Shown here: positions 41,401 through 50,500 of the stretch, piece by piece | Numbering within the stretch: the stretch's first letter is position 1 | Layout of the letters: every line of letters begins with the position of its first letter | Notes under the pieces: model-generated | What the model saw: only the letters and a program-made list of their open reading frames with translations | The model's database searches: none | Told to the model about the DNA's origin: nothing | Translations under genes and position numbers: made by a program | Source: Armatimonadota bacterium | GTDB taxonomy: Bacteria > Armatimonadota > Zipacnadia > Zipacnadales > UBA5352 | Direction of reading: 5' to 3' | DNA: 64,000 bases | NCBI GenBank assembly: GCA_034722055.1 | Contig: JAYENL010000221.1 | Span: 1-64,000, forward strand

Positions 41401-42817
41401 CGGCGGGGTCGAGGGCGTGCCGGTGCGGCCGGGGATCGCTGCCGAGGGGCCGGCAGAGGTCGTGGGGCCAGCCGGCGGCGCCACGCTGCGCGTCGGTGAC
41501 GACGCGCAGCCGGGCGAGCACATCACGCTCATCGGCGAGGCCATGATCGGCCCGGAGGGGCAGGCGGCGCCGGTGCGCGTCACCAAGGCCCTTACGGTGG
41601 TGACGCCGCTGGGCGTGACGCTGACCAACGAGGGCACCGATCCTGGCACCGGCGCGTTGCGCGTGGGCGCGACCGTGCGGAACAACCTGGCCGACGCCAC
41701 CACCGCGCAGCTTGTCCTGCGAGCGCCCGAGGGCTGGCGCGCGCCGCAGGAGCGCAACGTGGAGCTGCCGGCCGGCGGCGAGGAGCGCGTCTCGGGGCTG
41801 CTGCAGCCGGGCGAGGGCGCGGAGGCCGGACTCGTGGAGGTATTCGCCACAGCCACGGCCGGCGATGCCAGCGAGACGGTCAGCGGCACCATGCTCTACA
41901 TTCCCGCCGAGGCGAACCTGCTCCGCAACCCCGGCTTCGAGGACGGGCTGAACGGCTGGAGCGTGACGGGAAGCGCCGAGATCGATCAGCAGGTGGCGCA
42001 CGGCGGGGAGGCGTCGCTGCGGCTGCGCAACGCGAAGGCGGCCGACGAGAGCCAGGTCAGCCAGACAGTGAGTCTCAATCAGGAGCGGCCCTGCCCGATT
42101 CTGGTGCGGGCCGCCTCGCGCGCCCAGGACGTGAGCGGCTACGCGGGCCGGGAGTACTCCCTCTACGTGGACATCTACTACACGGATGGGACGCCGCTGT
42201 ACGGGCAGATCGTGGCTTTCGAGCCGGGGACCGGTGACTGGCAGATCGCCGAGCAGGTCATCGAGCCCGAGAAGCCGATCCGCGACGTGAACGTGTATCT
42301 GCTGCTGCGCCGGCGCTCAGGCACAGCCTGGTTCGACGACGTGGCGGTGATGGAGGACCCCAGGCGCAAGGGCAACATCGCCCGCGAGGCGGCCGTTGAA
42401 GCCGACAGCTTCTACTCCCACTACGATGCCGAGCCGATCAACGATGGCGTGGTGCACCCGCCCGAGGACGCCCATTGGACCGACGAGTCCTGGGCCTCCG
42501 CCGAGAGCCCCAGCGATCACTGGATCGTCCTGCGCTTCGAGGGGCCGCACGCTATCGAGCGCGCGGCGGTCTACTTCAGCCGCGACGCCGGCATCCCGCG
42601 CTCATCACGGGAGCTGCAGTTGCAGGTGCCGGAGGATGGCGGCTGGCGCGCGGTGGCGACCGTCCGCCCGGAGCCGCTGAGCCCTCACACCCAGATGCGC
42701 CTCGAGGAGCCCGTAACCGCGAGGGCCTTCCGCATCCTGCAGCCGGCTGGCCAGGGCCCACGCACCCGGCGGAACCTCATGTGGGTCCGCGAGGTGGAGC
42801 TGTTCGAGGCGCGGTAG
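38447..42817 (+). CDS. large secreted multimodular glycan-active protein (GH-like barrel, CBM-like jellyrolls, NEW3-like and discoidin-like domains)
   Basis: Signal-like N-terminus; LDGFYYD, GWEPVTHA; YVENGDF and NLLRNPGFE (CBM4/9-like); VRNN..LRAPEGW (NEW3-like); INDG..WAS..HWIVLRF..EVELF (F5/8-like). The track ORF's N-terminus is antisense to the aldolase gene. Confidence 0.7.
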   Translation: MFRNWTPIAMVCTMVALGGVCMGETVRTADLALTVGDAGEVTALEVSGTMVAGEACPLAELADLTRGAEFVAGTPTGGDLRTGLTLAFEGLQATATIVVQPRGRALHATCHLQGQEDLPARGVLLRINMPVDAIGWQWHDDMQTSREIGPGEVYENVTALREWPDLPEWADEPSLRMGAANRNFCTAITGPVGLCLASPLNRPCIFRTAYDAETGRLQLVYDLALSPDMREPNQWTFEFDLYASDPEWGFRSALAGYYELYPEFFEVHVEEPGMWMAFSPLSQIDNVNEFRFGFQEGAREVAYDDRIGVLDAPYLTHAGEFANIPDHDPEEDPLPPHERLVEVMTEDFRRRTGSEEMYPAVGLHDAEGKLDIRQTRVYGHIIAQFNLDPELPLGQWLLDQADKRTDSVLESSGGRLDGFYYDGLTHGLNYRTEHFQYSEAPPMWDPVAEKPVLNNFFSSCEWARAAAEHFHDQDQITMMNGAFGASFYVAPWLDLFGGETGLRISRENMNYARTITWHKPMLTLLKGNYEQVRDHQQIELFHKRALAYGIFPGFFDWSPSGLGPGGRYWDHPEYYERDRDIFRKYQPLVQTLATAGWEPVTHARSSYDGVFVERFGPAEDGIVWLTLLNEDASPHETTLTIDAQALGLDAGAIRCADVLTGRAIELQGRGAALSADVSVEAGGVMMLQLATPRQAALWRLSQCADTVERGITMREIDADKPPVAFAWHPTDGGYERERAGEGWTLVFDGTDAGTRRAWQWAMLFQPRAAPVTLRVRASADGLQGEGKAGVYIRHAWVSPSFSHYETEYLELPKGTYDAREFEHTIEIEQPLRAIYLRPEVEGGVEGTLRIESITLEDEFADDYVENGDFSRWYEPIPDEMQGRLAAGSGQVAAAIESAREAIGDGLASEASQEALLELGALTTRLREWIHAEEAKDGCRRALRDMETVEQHLGAMLLASLGMPGPRLRAPAMAAVGDEIPVSVEIGGVEGVPVRPGIAAEGPAEVVGPAGGATLRVGDDAQPGEHITLIGEAMIGPEGQAAPVRVTKALTVVTPLGVTLTNEGTDPGTGALRVGATVRNNLADATTAQLVLRAPEGWRAPQERNVELPAGGEERVSGLLQPGEGAEAGLVEVFATATAGDASETVSGTMLYIPAEANLLRNPGFEDGLNGWSVTGSAEIDQQVAHGGEASLRLRNAKAADESQVSQTVSLNQERPCPILVRAASRAQDVSGYAGREYSLYVDIYYTDGTPLYGQIVAFEPGTGDWQIAEQVIEPEKPIRDVNVYLLLRRRSGTAWFDDVAVMEDPRRKGNIAREAAVEADSFYSHYDAEPINDGVVHPPEDAHWTDESWASAESPSDHWIVLRFEGPHAIERAAVYFSRDAGIPRSSRELQLQVPEDGGWRAVATVRPEPLSPHTQMRLEEPVTARAFRILQPAGQGPRTRRNLMWVREVELFEAR

Positions 42818-42819
42818 CC

Positions 42820-45147
42820 TCAGGGCCTCGCCTCCGCGCCGGCCTGGAAGTTGGCCAGCACCTCCTCCGGCGCGAGCGCCCGGCTGTAGACTGCCACGAG
42901 GTGGATGGAGCCCCGCCACGTGCGATCGCGCGTCAGCTCGTTGGCAAGGCCCAGGCGGAAGCTATCGTCCCAGTTCAACAGATCGCCGCCGACCTGGCCC
43001 TCGACCGCGAGCTCGCCATCGATGTAGATGCGCGCGGTACCGTCGGCGGCGCGCGTGTAGACCACGTGCGCCAGCTCCGTGGTCAGAGAGCCCTCCGGGG
43101 CGTCCAGAGAAGGGACGCCGTTGGCGCCGGTCTCCGTGGTGCGTAGCCGCACGATGTAGCGGTCGGCCTGCTGTCCGAGGGTGAAGTTGCGCTGGCCGGG
43201 ATCGCGCGAGAGCGTCACGATGCGCGCCGGGCCCTCCTGCTGGAGGCTGGCCGGCTGCACCCACGCCTCCACCGTGATCTCGTTGCTCTCCATGCAGGCG
43301 GCCGCAAGCTCCTCGGCCGGTCGTTGCGAGGCCACCAGCGAGTCCTGGCTCACCACCAGCTCCCCTTCAGCCACGTCGGCGGCGCTGTCCTCGTCGATCT
43401 GCAGCGGCAGCGGCGGGTCGCTGTCGCTGGCATCGTGGATGGTGCCGTCCGCGAAGTCGTGGAAGGTATACAGCGCCAGCAGGTCCTCGGTGACCCGCGG
43501 TGGCTGCTCGGTCCAGGTGAAGGTCACCTCCGTCCCGTCGGGCACCGCGTTGGGCGTGATCCAGGTGTCGGTCACGCCGGTGACGGTCAGGGTGTACTGC
43601 TGCTCCTGCATGGGCGAGGTGCGCAGGGTCACCAGGCTGCCGTCCCCGCTGAGCTCGGCGCCCTGCACCATGACGCCCGGCTGCACCGCGTAGCTCTCCG
43701 TGCTCTGAGCGGTGTCAGGATCGACCGGCTCGGAGAAGCGCAGGCGAACCACCTCCGGATCGCCGCCGGCGTAGGCGGAGACGATGCGGGGCGGCGTGGT
43801 GTCCGGCCGGGCGCTCTCAAGCAGCAGCACCCAGTCCGGATCCTCGTCGCCCGTCGGCGGGAGGAACGTCTCGGGGCCGTCCTGGTCGAACTCGCCGATC
43901 TCCTGCCGCGAGCCGCTCCTCGGATTGAGCCACGAGGCCCGCACGCCCTCGCCCCGAATCACCCGCAGGTCCACGGCCGCGGCAATGCTCTCGGGGAAGT
44001 AGATCAGCGCGAAGTCGCCCTCGGCGGCGCGGGCCGCCGCCACGTAGTAGCCATCCTCTCCGCCCCCGGAGGCCATCTCCGTGGCGGGCTGCAGGCGGTG
44101 CCAGTCCAGGGAGGTGAGGATACCCTTGAGCTGCCCCATGTGCCGGGCGCCGGGAAGGTCCAGCGCCTGGCGCCACTCGATCCCCGGATCCCACCGAGAG
44201 TCATCACCTGGGCGCCAGAACTGGAAGACGCCGTTGCAGCCGTAGGTGTGGCCGCAGGCACCGGAGAGGAGCGCGTGCCAGGCGGCCTTGCGGACGTCGT
44301 GGTCATCGATGCGCGGCCCCTCACGCCGCAGCCCGTGGATGATGTTCTCGTAGCGCGGCTCGCCCACGACCGTGGGCTTCACGGGCGTGAGGCGGTAGTC
44401 GCGGAGCACGTAGCGGTAGTCCGGGTAGTCGATGGAGTGCCCGCTCTGGATCATGTTCAGGTCCAGCCACTGGTCCTGGTGGAAGAACTCCGAGGAGCTG
44501 TGCCCGCCGCCGCGCGGGTGGTAGGTCATCAGGTGCTCCTGCTCCTCGGCGTCCGCGATCCCGGCGGCCAGCCGGCGGAAGACATCCTCGTGACCATCCG
44601 GCAGGCGGTCGCCGCCCAGCACCCACACGATGTTGGGCCGATCGCCCAGTCGAGCGCCCAACCAGTTGCCGTACTCGTAGGCGTTGCCGGCGTTGATGCG
44701 CTCATTGACGGTCACGAAGTCCCCCCAGGCGGGCAACAGCGCCATCACGATACCCCGCTCGGCGGCCATGTCCACGATACGCACCACGCGGTCGAAGTAC
44801 GCCGGGTTCGGCCGCGCGGGGTCACCGTCGAGCCAGGGCTCCTCGCCGTACGGGTTGGGGTCGGGCGATCCCCAGGCGAGCACGGCCTGCACCACGGTGA
44901 AGCCCTTGTCGTGGCGATCGTCGAAGTACTCCGCGGCCTCCCCCTCGGTCAGCTCGGTGAACAGCCCCCAGCCCGTGTCGCCGAGCCAGAAGAACGGATC
45001 ACCGTTGCCGTCAACCAGATACCGCCCACTGTCATGCACGCGCAGGTGCAGACTCTCTCCCTGCGCCTGAGCGTTCGTGCCACACAGGCAGGATACAGCT
45101 ATCACGAGAACAGATACCTCCAGGGCAATCGCAAGTCGCGAGGCCAT
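42820..45147 (-). CDS. secreted DUF4038/GH140 (apiosidase-like) protein with Ig-like and LamG domains
   Basis: GDPFFWLGDTGW, KGFTVVQ, NIVWVLGGD, LMTYHP, QSGH, KPTVVGEPRYE, GHTYG; WLNPRSG; GPARIVTLS..LANE..VAVYSRAL. Confidence 0.85.
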   Translation of the reverse strand: MASRLAIALEVSVLVIAVSCLCGTNAQAQGESLHLRVHDSGRYLVDGNGDPFFWLGDTGWGLFTELTEGEAAEYFDDRHDKGFTVVQAVLAWGSPDPNPYGEEPWLDGDPARPNPAYFDRVVRIVDMAAERGIVMALLPAWGDFVTVNERINAGNAYEYGNWLGARLGDRPNIVWVLGGDRLPDGHEDVFRRLAAGIADAEEQEHLMTYHPRGGGHSSSEFFHQDQWLDLNMIQSGHSIDYPDYRYVLRDYRLTPVKPTVVGEPRYENIIHGLRREGPRIDDHDVRKAAWHALLSGACGHTYGCNGVFQFWRPGDDSRWDPGIEWRQALDLPGARHMGQLKGILTSLDWHRLQPATEMASGGGEDGYYVAAARAAEGDFALIYFPESIAAAVDLRVIRGEGVRASWLNPRSGSRQEIGEFDQDGPETFLPPTGDEDPDWVLLLESARPDTTPPRIVSAYAGGDPEVVRLRFSEPVDPDTAQSTESYAVQPGVMVQGAELSGDGSLVTLRTSPMQEQQYTLTVTGVTDTWITPNAVPDGTEVTFTWTEQPPRVTEDLLALYTFHDFADGTIHDASDSDPPLPLQIDEDSAADVAEGELVVSQDSLVASQRPAEELAAACMESNEITVEAWVQPASLQQEGPARIVTLSRDPGQRNFTLGQQADRYIVRLRTTETGANGVPSLDAPEGSLTTELAHVVYTRAADGTARIYIDGELAVEGQVGGDLLNWDDSFRLGLANELTRDRTWRGSIHLVAVYSRALAPEEVLANFQAGAEARP

Positions 45148-45254
45148 TGAGTGAGCCCTCCTCGTGCGCCAGCTTGTTCGCTACCCCAGTTAAACGCCAA
45201 CGCCCCAGTCTCGTTCCACGTGTCGCGCCAATGGGAGGCGCTCGCGTGGGCCGC

Positions 45255-46523
45255 TCAGGCCACGGGACTGGTGGTGCGAAGCAGCGGATTGCCCGGGGCC
45301 GAGTATGGCGCGCAGTTGCACACGTAGCGGTCCGGGTGCTGCCCGTGGCGGGCGAAGTCATCGGCGAAGTGCTCCCAGGTCGTCCGCTGCTCGCGGCAGA
45401 ATGCGTAGGGAGTCTCGGGGCTCACGCGCTCCAGCTCGTCGATGACGAAGCGGTAGACCTCGTGGCGATAGGCGTCGGGGATCTGGGTGCCGTGGGCGAT
45501 GTCCTCGCGCTCGTCGGTGCGCATCGCCTCCAGCAGCTTCGGGTCGAGCATGTCCGGGTCGAGGTCAGCCAGGACGGCCTCCAGGTCCATGTAGCGCAGG
45601 GTCTCGAAGGTGATCACGTCCGGCTGCACGCGGGAGAAGAGCAGCTCGATCATCTCCCGGATCTCCGCGCGCCAGTTGCGGACGGGGATGATCGGCGAGA
45701 AGCGGTGCCGCACGTGGTAGCCGGCCTCCTGGCACTTGCGGCTGGCCTCGATGCGCTCCTCCATCGGCGCGCTGCGCCACTCCATGTGCGTGCTCTGCGT
45801 GCGCCCCGCCAGCGACCAGCAGCAGACGGTATGCCCCCGGTGGTCCAGGTCCAGCAGGAAGTCCACGCTCGATGACTTGCCCACATACAGCTCCAGGAAC
45901 TGCCCGGGGCGATGTGCGAAGAGGCCAATGAGCAGCTCCGAGGCGCCGTACTGGGGCTCGAAGGCCACGATGTCGGTCCCGTTGTCATACTGGAAGAGCG
46001 TCTGCTCGGGCGCGCGGCTGTCGATAAGCCCCGGGAGGCGCTCCACGTACTCCTCCACGTTCATCATCAGCGTCACGAAGTGCCCCAGCGAGCAGTAGGC
46101 GCAGCGGTAGTGACAGCCCCAGGCGGAGTGAATCTGCCAGGCCGGCTGGCAGACCATGCCCGTCTCCCGCCGGTGCTCGGGCGAGCCCGATCTGCGCCAG
46201 CAGAAGGCGTCGTACCCCGACAGCGGGTAGGTCCCTCGCGAGAGCGTGGGATGGCGCTCCAGGCGTGCCTCGCGCACATGGTCGGGGTCATCGAAGCGGC
46301 CCAGATTGAAGATCACCACCGGGTCGATGTCGCGGTACATCCCGTGGCGGCCGCTCCCGACCTGCTCGGGGTCCTCCATGATCTCGCACAGCCGCGCGTC
46401 ATCGACGGTCTCCACCACGTCAGGGTCGAGGGCATCGCGGAGGCGCCGGGCGCGAGCCGCCGCGCGCGGCTCATCCTCGACGCCCTCGACGATCAGCAGC
46501 CTGCTGGCCTTCAGTGGCTCCAT
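45255..46523 (-). CDS. radical SAM protein, spore-photoproduct-lyase-like family
   Basis: GCHYRCAYC; LLDLDHRGHT..WSL, EERIEA..CQEAGY.V..RFSPII resemble SplB. Confidence 0.8.
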   Translation of the reverse strand: MEPLKASRLLIVEGVEDEPRAAARARRLRDALDPDVVETVDDARLCEIMEDPEQVGSGRHGMYRDIDPVVIFNLGRFDDPDHVREARLERHPTLSRGTYPLSGYDAFCWRRSGSPEHRRETGMVCQPAWQIHSAWGCHYRCAYCSLGHFVTLMMNVEEYVERLPGLIDSRAPEQTLFQYDNGTDIVAFEPQYGASELLIGLFAHRPGQFLELYVGKSSSVDFLLDLDHRGHTVCCWSLAGRTQSTHMEWRSAPMEERIEASRKCQEAGYHVRHRFSPIIPVRNWRAEIREMIELLFSRVQPDVITFETLRYMDLEAVLADLDPDMLDPKLLEAMRTDEREDIAHGTQIPDAYRHEVYRFVIDELERVSPETPYAFCREQRTTWEHFADDFARHGQHPDRYVCNCAPYSAPGNPLLRTTSPVA

Positions 46524-46530
46524 GATGGCG

Positions 46531-47547
46531 TCAGCTCCCGGCCTCGTCCTCATCCCGGCGGTCGAGCCGCCAGGGCCGGCGGATGCGGAAGGGGTTCTCG
46601 AAGGTGTTCTCGATGGCGCGGCGCTCCTCCAGGTGAATCATGCAGGCTCTCATACATCCCCGGCTGCCGCAGATCGCCGAGGGATGATGGTAGCTCTCCC
46701 AGGCGCGCGAGGAGTAGGGCACCTCGTTCATCGCGAAGGTGAAGGGCCCTGAACCGGCGTACGAGAGCATCTCGCTTCGAGCCTCGCCACGCGGCTCTGA
46801 GACCAGCCGGTCCACGTACTTCGACACGTGCTCGGGGAGGAATGGACTGTACTGCGGTGTGCCGACCTGATAGACCGCCGCGCAGCGGTCCTCGTCGAGC
46901 TCGCCCCACTCCACCTCGCGGCCGGCGATGGTGACCTTCACGGAGCTGTCGGGGCTGATGGCATCGCCGGGACACTCCTCCACGCAGCGCATGCACCGGT
47001 CGCACAGCGGCTCTCCCTCGTAGATGCGATCGGGCTCCAGCGGCGCGTCGGTGATGATGAATGCGAAGCGCTGCCGGGGGCCGAAGCGCGGGGTCAGGAA
47101 GACCTTGCTCCAGCCGATCTCGCCCATCCCGCAGATGTAGGCGGCGATCCGGAAGTGCAGAAAGACGTCGGGCCTGGGGTAGCCCTCCCGGACCGGCTCG
47201 CCGACGCCACAGCCCATGCGCACGGAGGTGTTCTGATACAGCACCGCCTCGTAGCCGGAGTCCTCCAGGAAGTCGCCGACCTCACGGAGCGCGATGGGGG
47301 CGTAGACGTCGTTGATGTTGGCGTAGCCCATGGCGGGGTAGGCCGCGAAGTAGGTGCCCTCCTCAATGCCCCGCAGCAGCCCGCGGTGCACGCGGAAGCC
47401 CAGGCCGATGATGCATCTGGCCTCCGGGAAGATGTAGCGCGGATCGCTCTGCAGCGGCGCGCCTTCGAAGCGCTGGATGTCGCCGATCCCCACGATGTCG
47501 GCGCCGCTTGCGAGTGCGCAGCGCTTCACCTGCTCGGATGTGAGCAT
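46531..47547 (-). CDS. QueG/reductive-dehalogenase-like 4Fe-4S (probably cobalamin-binding) protein
   Basis: GADIVGIG, AAYICGMGEIGW..FLTPRFGPRQR..IITDAPLEPD, CDRCMRCVEECP, second Cys set C...CGSRGCMRAC; no Tat signal. Confidence 0.8.
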   Translation of the reverse strand: MLTSEQVKRCALASGADIVGIGDIQRFEGAPLQSDPRYIFPEARCIIGLGFRVHRGLLRGIEEGTYFAAYPAMGYANINDVYAPIALREVGDFLEDSGYEAVLYQNTSVRMGCGVGEPVREGYPRPDVFLHFRIAAYICGMGEIGWSKVFLTPRFGPRQRFAFIITDAPLEPDRIYEGEPLCDRCMRCVEECPGDAISPDSSVKVTIAGREVEWGELDEDRCAAVYQVGTPQYSPFLPEHVSKYVDRLVSEPRGEARSEMLSYAGSGPFTFAMNEVPYSSRAWESYHHPSAICGSRGCMRACMIHLEERRAIENTFENPFRIRRPWRLDRRDEDEAGS

Positions 47548-47569
47548 CGAACATCTCCTCCGGTCGGCC

Positions 47570-50500
47570 TCAGGGCTGTGGGTGCTTGATGCGCAGGTAC
47601 TCCTCCAGGTCCGGTCGGTCGTACTCCGACTGCCAGCTCAGCAGCGGCGGGGTGTAGGGCGGCCCTCCCTGCTCGTCAACCCGCGCGATGTCCGCCCACG
47701 TCTCCTCGCTCAGCTCCGGATCGCCCTCCAGCGCGGACATCACGTAGATGGCGTCATTCATGCCGAAGAGGGCGCCGGCCACCGAGCCTCGCAGCATCCC
47801 CCGCGGGCCGCCGTAGAACCCGGAATTGTGCGGCACCACCTCCACCAGCAGCCTGTTCGTGGAGGCCCAGTCGCGCAGGTAGCTCCGGTACGGCTCCGGG
47901 TCGTCCGCGTGCAGCGCGGCGAAGACCACGGCCTTGCGGAAGGTCCCGGGATCGTCGCGCTCGGCGACGACGCGATCGGCCACGCGGATGAACGCCTCCC
48001 TCAGCTCCTCGTGGCCGGTCAGGTCGTAGTACTCCATCAGCGCGTGCGCCGCGCCGAAGGTCCAGAAGAACATGCTGGATCCATTGACGTCCCGCTCCTG
48101 GGATTGGCAGACGACGTCGGGGAACTCCACGTTCGGCGAGATGCACAGCCCCTGGTCCACGATGAAGCAGGGCACGTAGCGCTCCAGGATCGATGCCGCC
48201 TCCTCGCTGCCGGTCATCTCCCACCAGGTCATCAGGCCCTGCAGGCGCCCGCTGTGCGCGGCGTGGATATGAACATCGCGCTGGGAGTAGATCTCGTCGT
48301 AGAGGAACCGCGCGAAGTCGCGCGAGCGCATCTCGCCGGAGAGGTAGTGGTGGTAGCGGAACTCTGAGTGCGTCGTCTGGCGCTCCTCGTGGTTGCCGTC
48401 GGACCAGTGCTGAACGCCGTGGCGCGTGCCGCGGCCGAGCCACTTGCCGGCGTGGCGCATGTCCACGTCGCGAACGTGCCGGGCCATGGCCTCGCAGAAG
48501 AAGAACATCTCCCGGTCGCCGGTGCGCAGGTACTGGTTCTGCATGAACAGCCCTGGCAGCCCCTCGGTGTTCGTCCAGCCCCACCTCCCGTTGTCATAGG
48601 CCCACTCCACCGGTGGCGCGTAGTCGAGTTGCCGCACATCGCTCACGTCGATCTCCTCGTAGTCCTCCGGCGGGTCAACCAGCAGCTCGGCGAGGTCGTC
48701 AGGCGGGACGATCCACCCGTAGCCGCCCTTGTAGTAGTGCTGCACGTCCCCGTAGTCCCAACAGCCGTACCAGCCCCACAGCCTCTGGTGGTGCATCCAG
48801 AAGCGAGCGAAGTGGTCCAGGTTCGCCGCCATGCGCGCGAAGCCGGGGGCGCCGGGCCTGGGCTGGGGCGGGATGACCTCCGTGTCCAGGTACCAGTCGG
48901 CGCCGCAGTAGAGCAGGGGGCGGCGCTGGAAGTCGCCGGCAACGGCGTCCACTGTGGCGGCATCGACATCCGGCCCGTGGAAGTAGAGCAGCAGCTCGTG
49001 GGTCTTCGTGACCCCGACGAAGGGATCGTTCGGGTAGTAGGTGTTCTCGACCCAGTCGCTGTTGGCCGAGACGGACTCGCCCTGACTGCGATGTGGGTAG
49101 TTGGAGTAGCGCCGCACATCCATCAGCGGCAGGTCCTCAGGCCAGAAGTACGCGACCATCCGCCCGCCCTCGATGTCGGCGAGCAGCTCATTGGGGAACT
49201 GCTGCCACATGTCGCGCATGACCATGGCCACGCCGCCGTCGGGGCCGGAGAGGTCGAGCCACCCCCGCGAGCGTCCGTTCGCCTCGTCGACGCGCGGGAA
49301 GCGCTCGGCCTCGTGCTGGCTCCACGCCTGGTAGCCGAGATGGCTGTGCTGGCGGAGGCCGGCCCGGCGACCGCCCTCCAGCGCCACCGGGCCATCCTGG
49401 CCGCCGGCGGTGACGCGGCTCCCGGCGTCCGCGAGGGGTAGCTCGAAGCCCATCCGCCGCACGAAGGCCTCCCGGGGATCGGCGTGCAGGAACTCCGCGC
49501 TCTGGGAGATACGCACGCAGCGGCGGCCGGCAAAGGCCTCCAGGCGTATGACCATTCGCGGGGACTCCTCGGCGGTGGTCATGCCGGTGAGCTTGACCAC
49601 CGCGCGCAGCGGCCCGGCCTCCTCCAGATCGATGCTCTCGGGGATGAAGCTGCCGGGATCGAGCCTGCCCTGGGGCTGGGTGGTCATGGAGTCGTAGCCC
49701 TCAGCCGGGCGGAGGAAGTCCACGAAGCTGCCGCCCGGCTCCGAGAGGACCTCGGCGCCGTCGAGGGTGACGCTGCGCAGCCAGCCCTGCTCCACCGCCA
49801 CCTCAAGCTGCAGCGGGCCGGTGTCGATGCGCACGGTGTCGCCCTCACGAGCGGCCGAGAGCCGGTTCGCCGGCGTGCCACTCCGCGCATCGCCGCCGTA
49901 GAGCAGCGCGTACTCGTCCGCGGAGCCGTCGCGCCGCGTGACCTGGAAGCCAAGGGCATCGCCGCCGCCCTCGGCGCCCTCCACCTCACCGCCCTCTGGC
50001 GGGAAGGTCAGCAGCAGCCACTTGACCGAGCCGTCGGGCCAGTAGGCCAGCGCACGCGTCTGCACCGGGACGTCGCGCCCATCCCGCTGCAGGCGGACAT
50101 GTCCCGGCTCGGCCAGCGCCCCCCGCGGCAGCGGCACGCCGCCGGAGATCAATGGCGCCTCCCGCTCGGCGCTCTGCTCAGCGAGCGGGTTGAGGCCACC
50201 CAGCGGCGGCTCATTGCGTGCGGGCGGGTCGCTGGCGAGGCCCTCGACGCCCCAGTGGTTCGCCAGCGCCACATCCGGCTGGGCGAAGCTGAACTCGTCG
50301 TCGAAGGCCGCAAGGTCGATGACGTGCGGCGCGCCGAACACCGCCTCCGCCTGCGGCGAGGCGACGTGCAGCGCCGGCAGGCCCTGGTGCCACAGGCAGA
50401 CTCGAGCCTCGCCGGAGTCCTCCGCCATCACGCGCAACGACTTCGGCGCCCGGTCGGCGAAGCCTCGATAGGCGAAGATCAGCCCCGCGCGCTCATCGTA

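Noticed and set aside
45255..46523. Calling this gene splB (spore photoproduct lyase)
   Set aside because: The Cys141-equivalent appears to be absent and there is no sporulation or DNA-repair context. Only family-level similarity is supported.
46531..47547. Calling this gene queG or a respiratory reductive dehalogenase rdhA
   Set aside because: It has no Tat signal or rdhB neighbour, a variant second Fe-S motif and no recognisable QueG-specific motifs, so I left it at family level.
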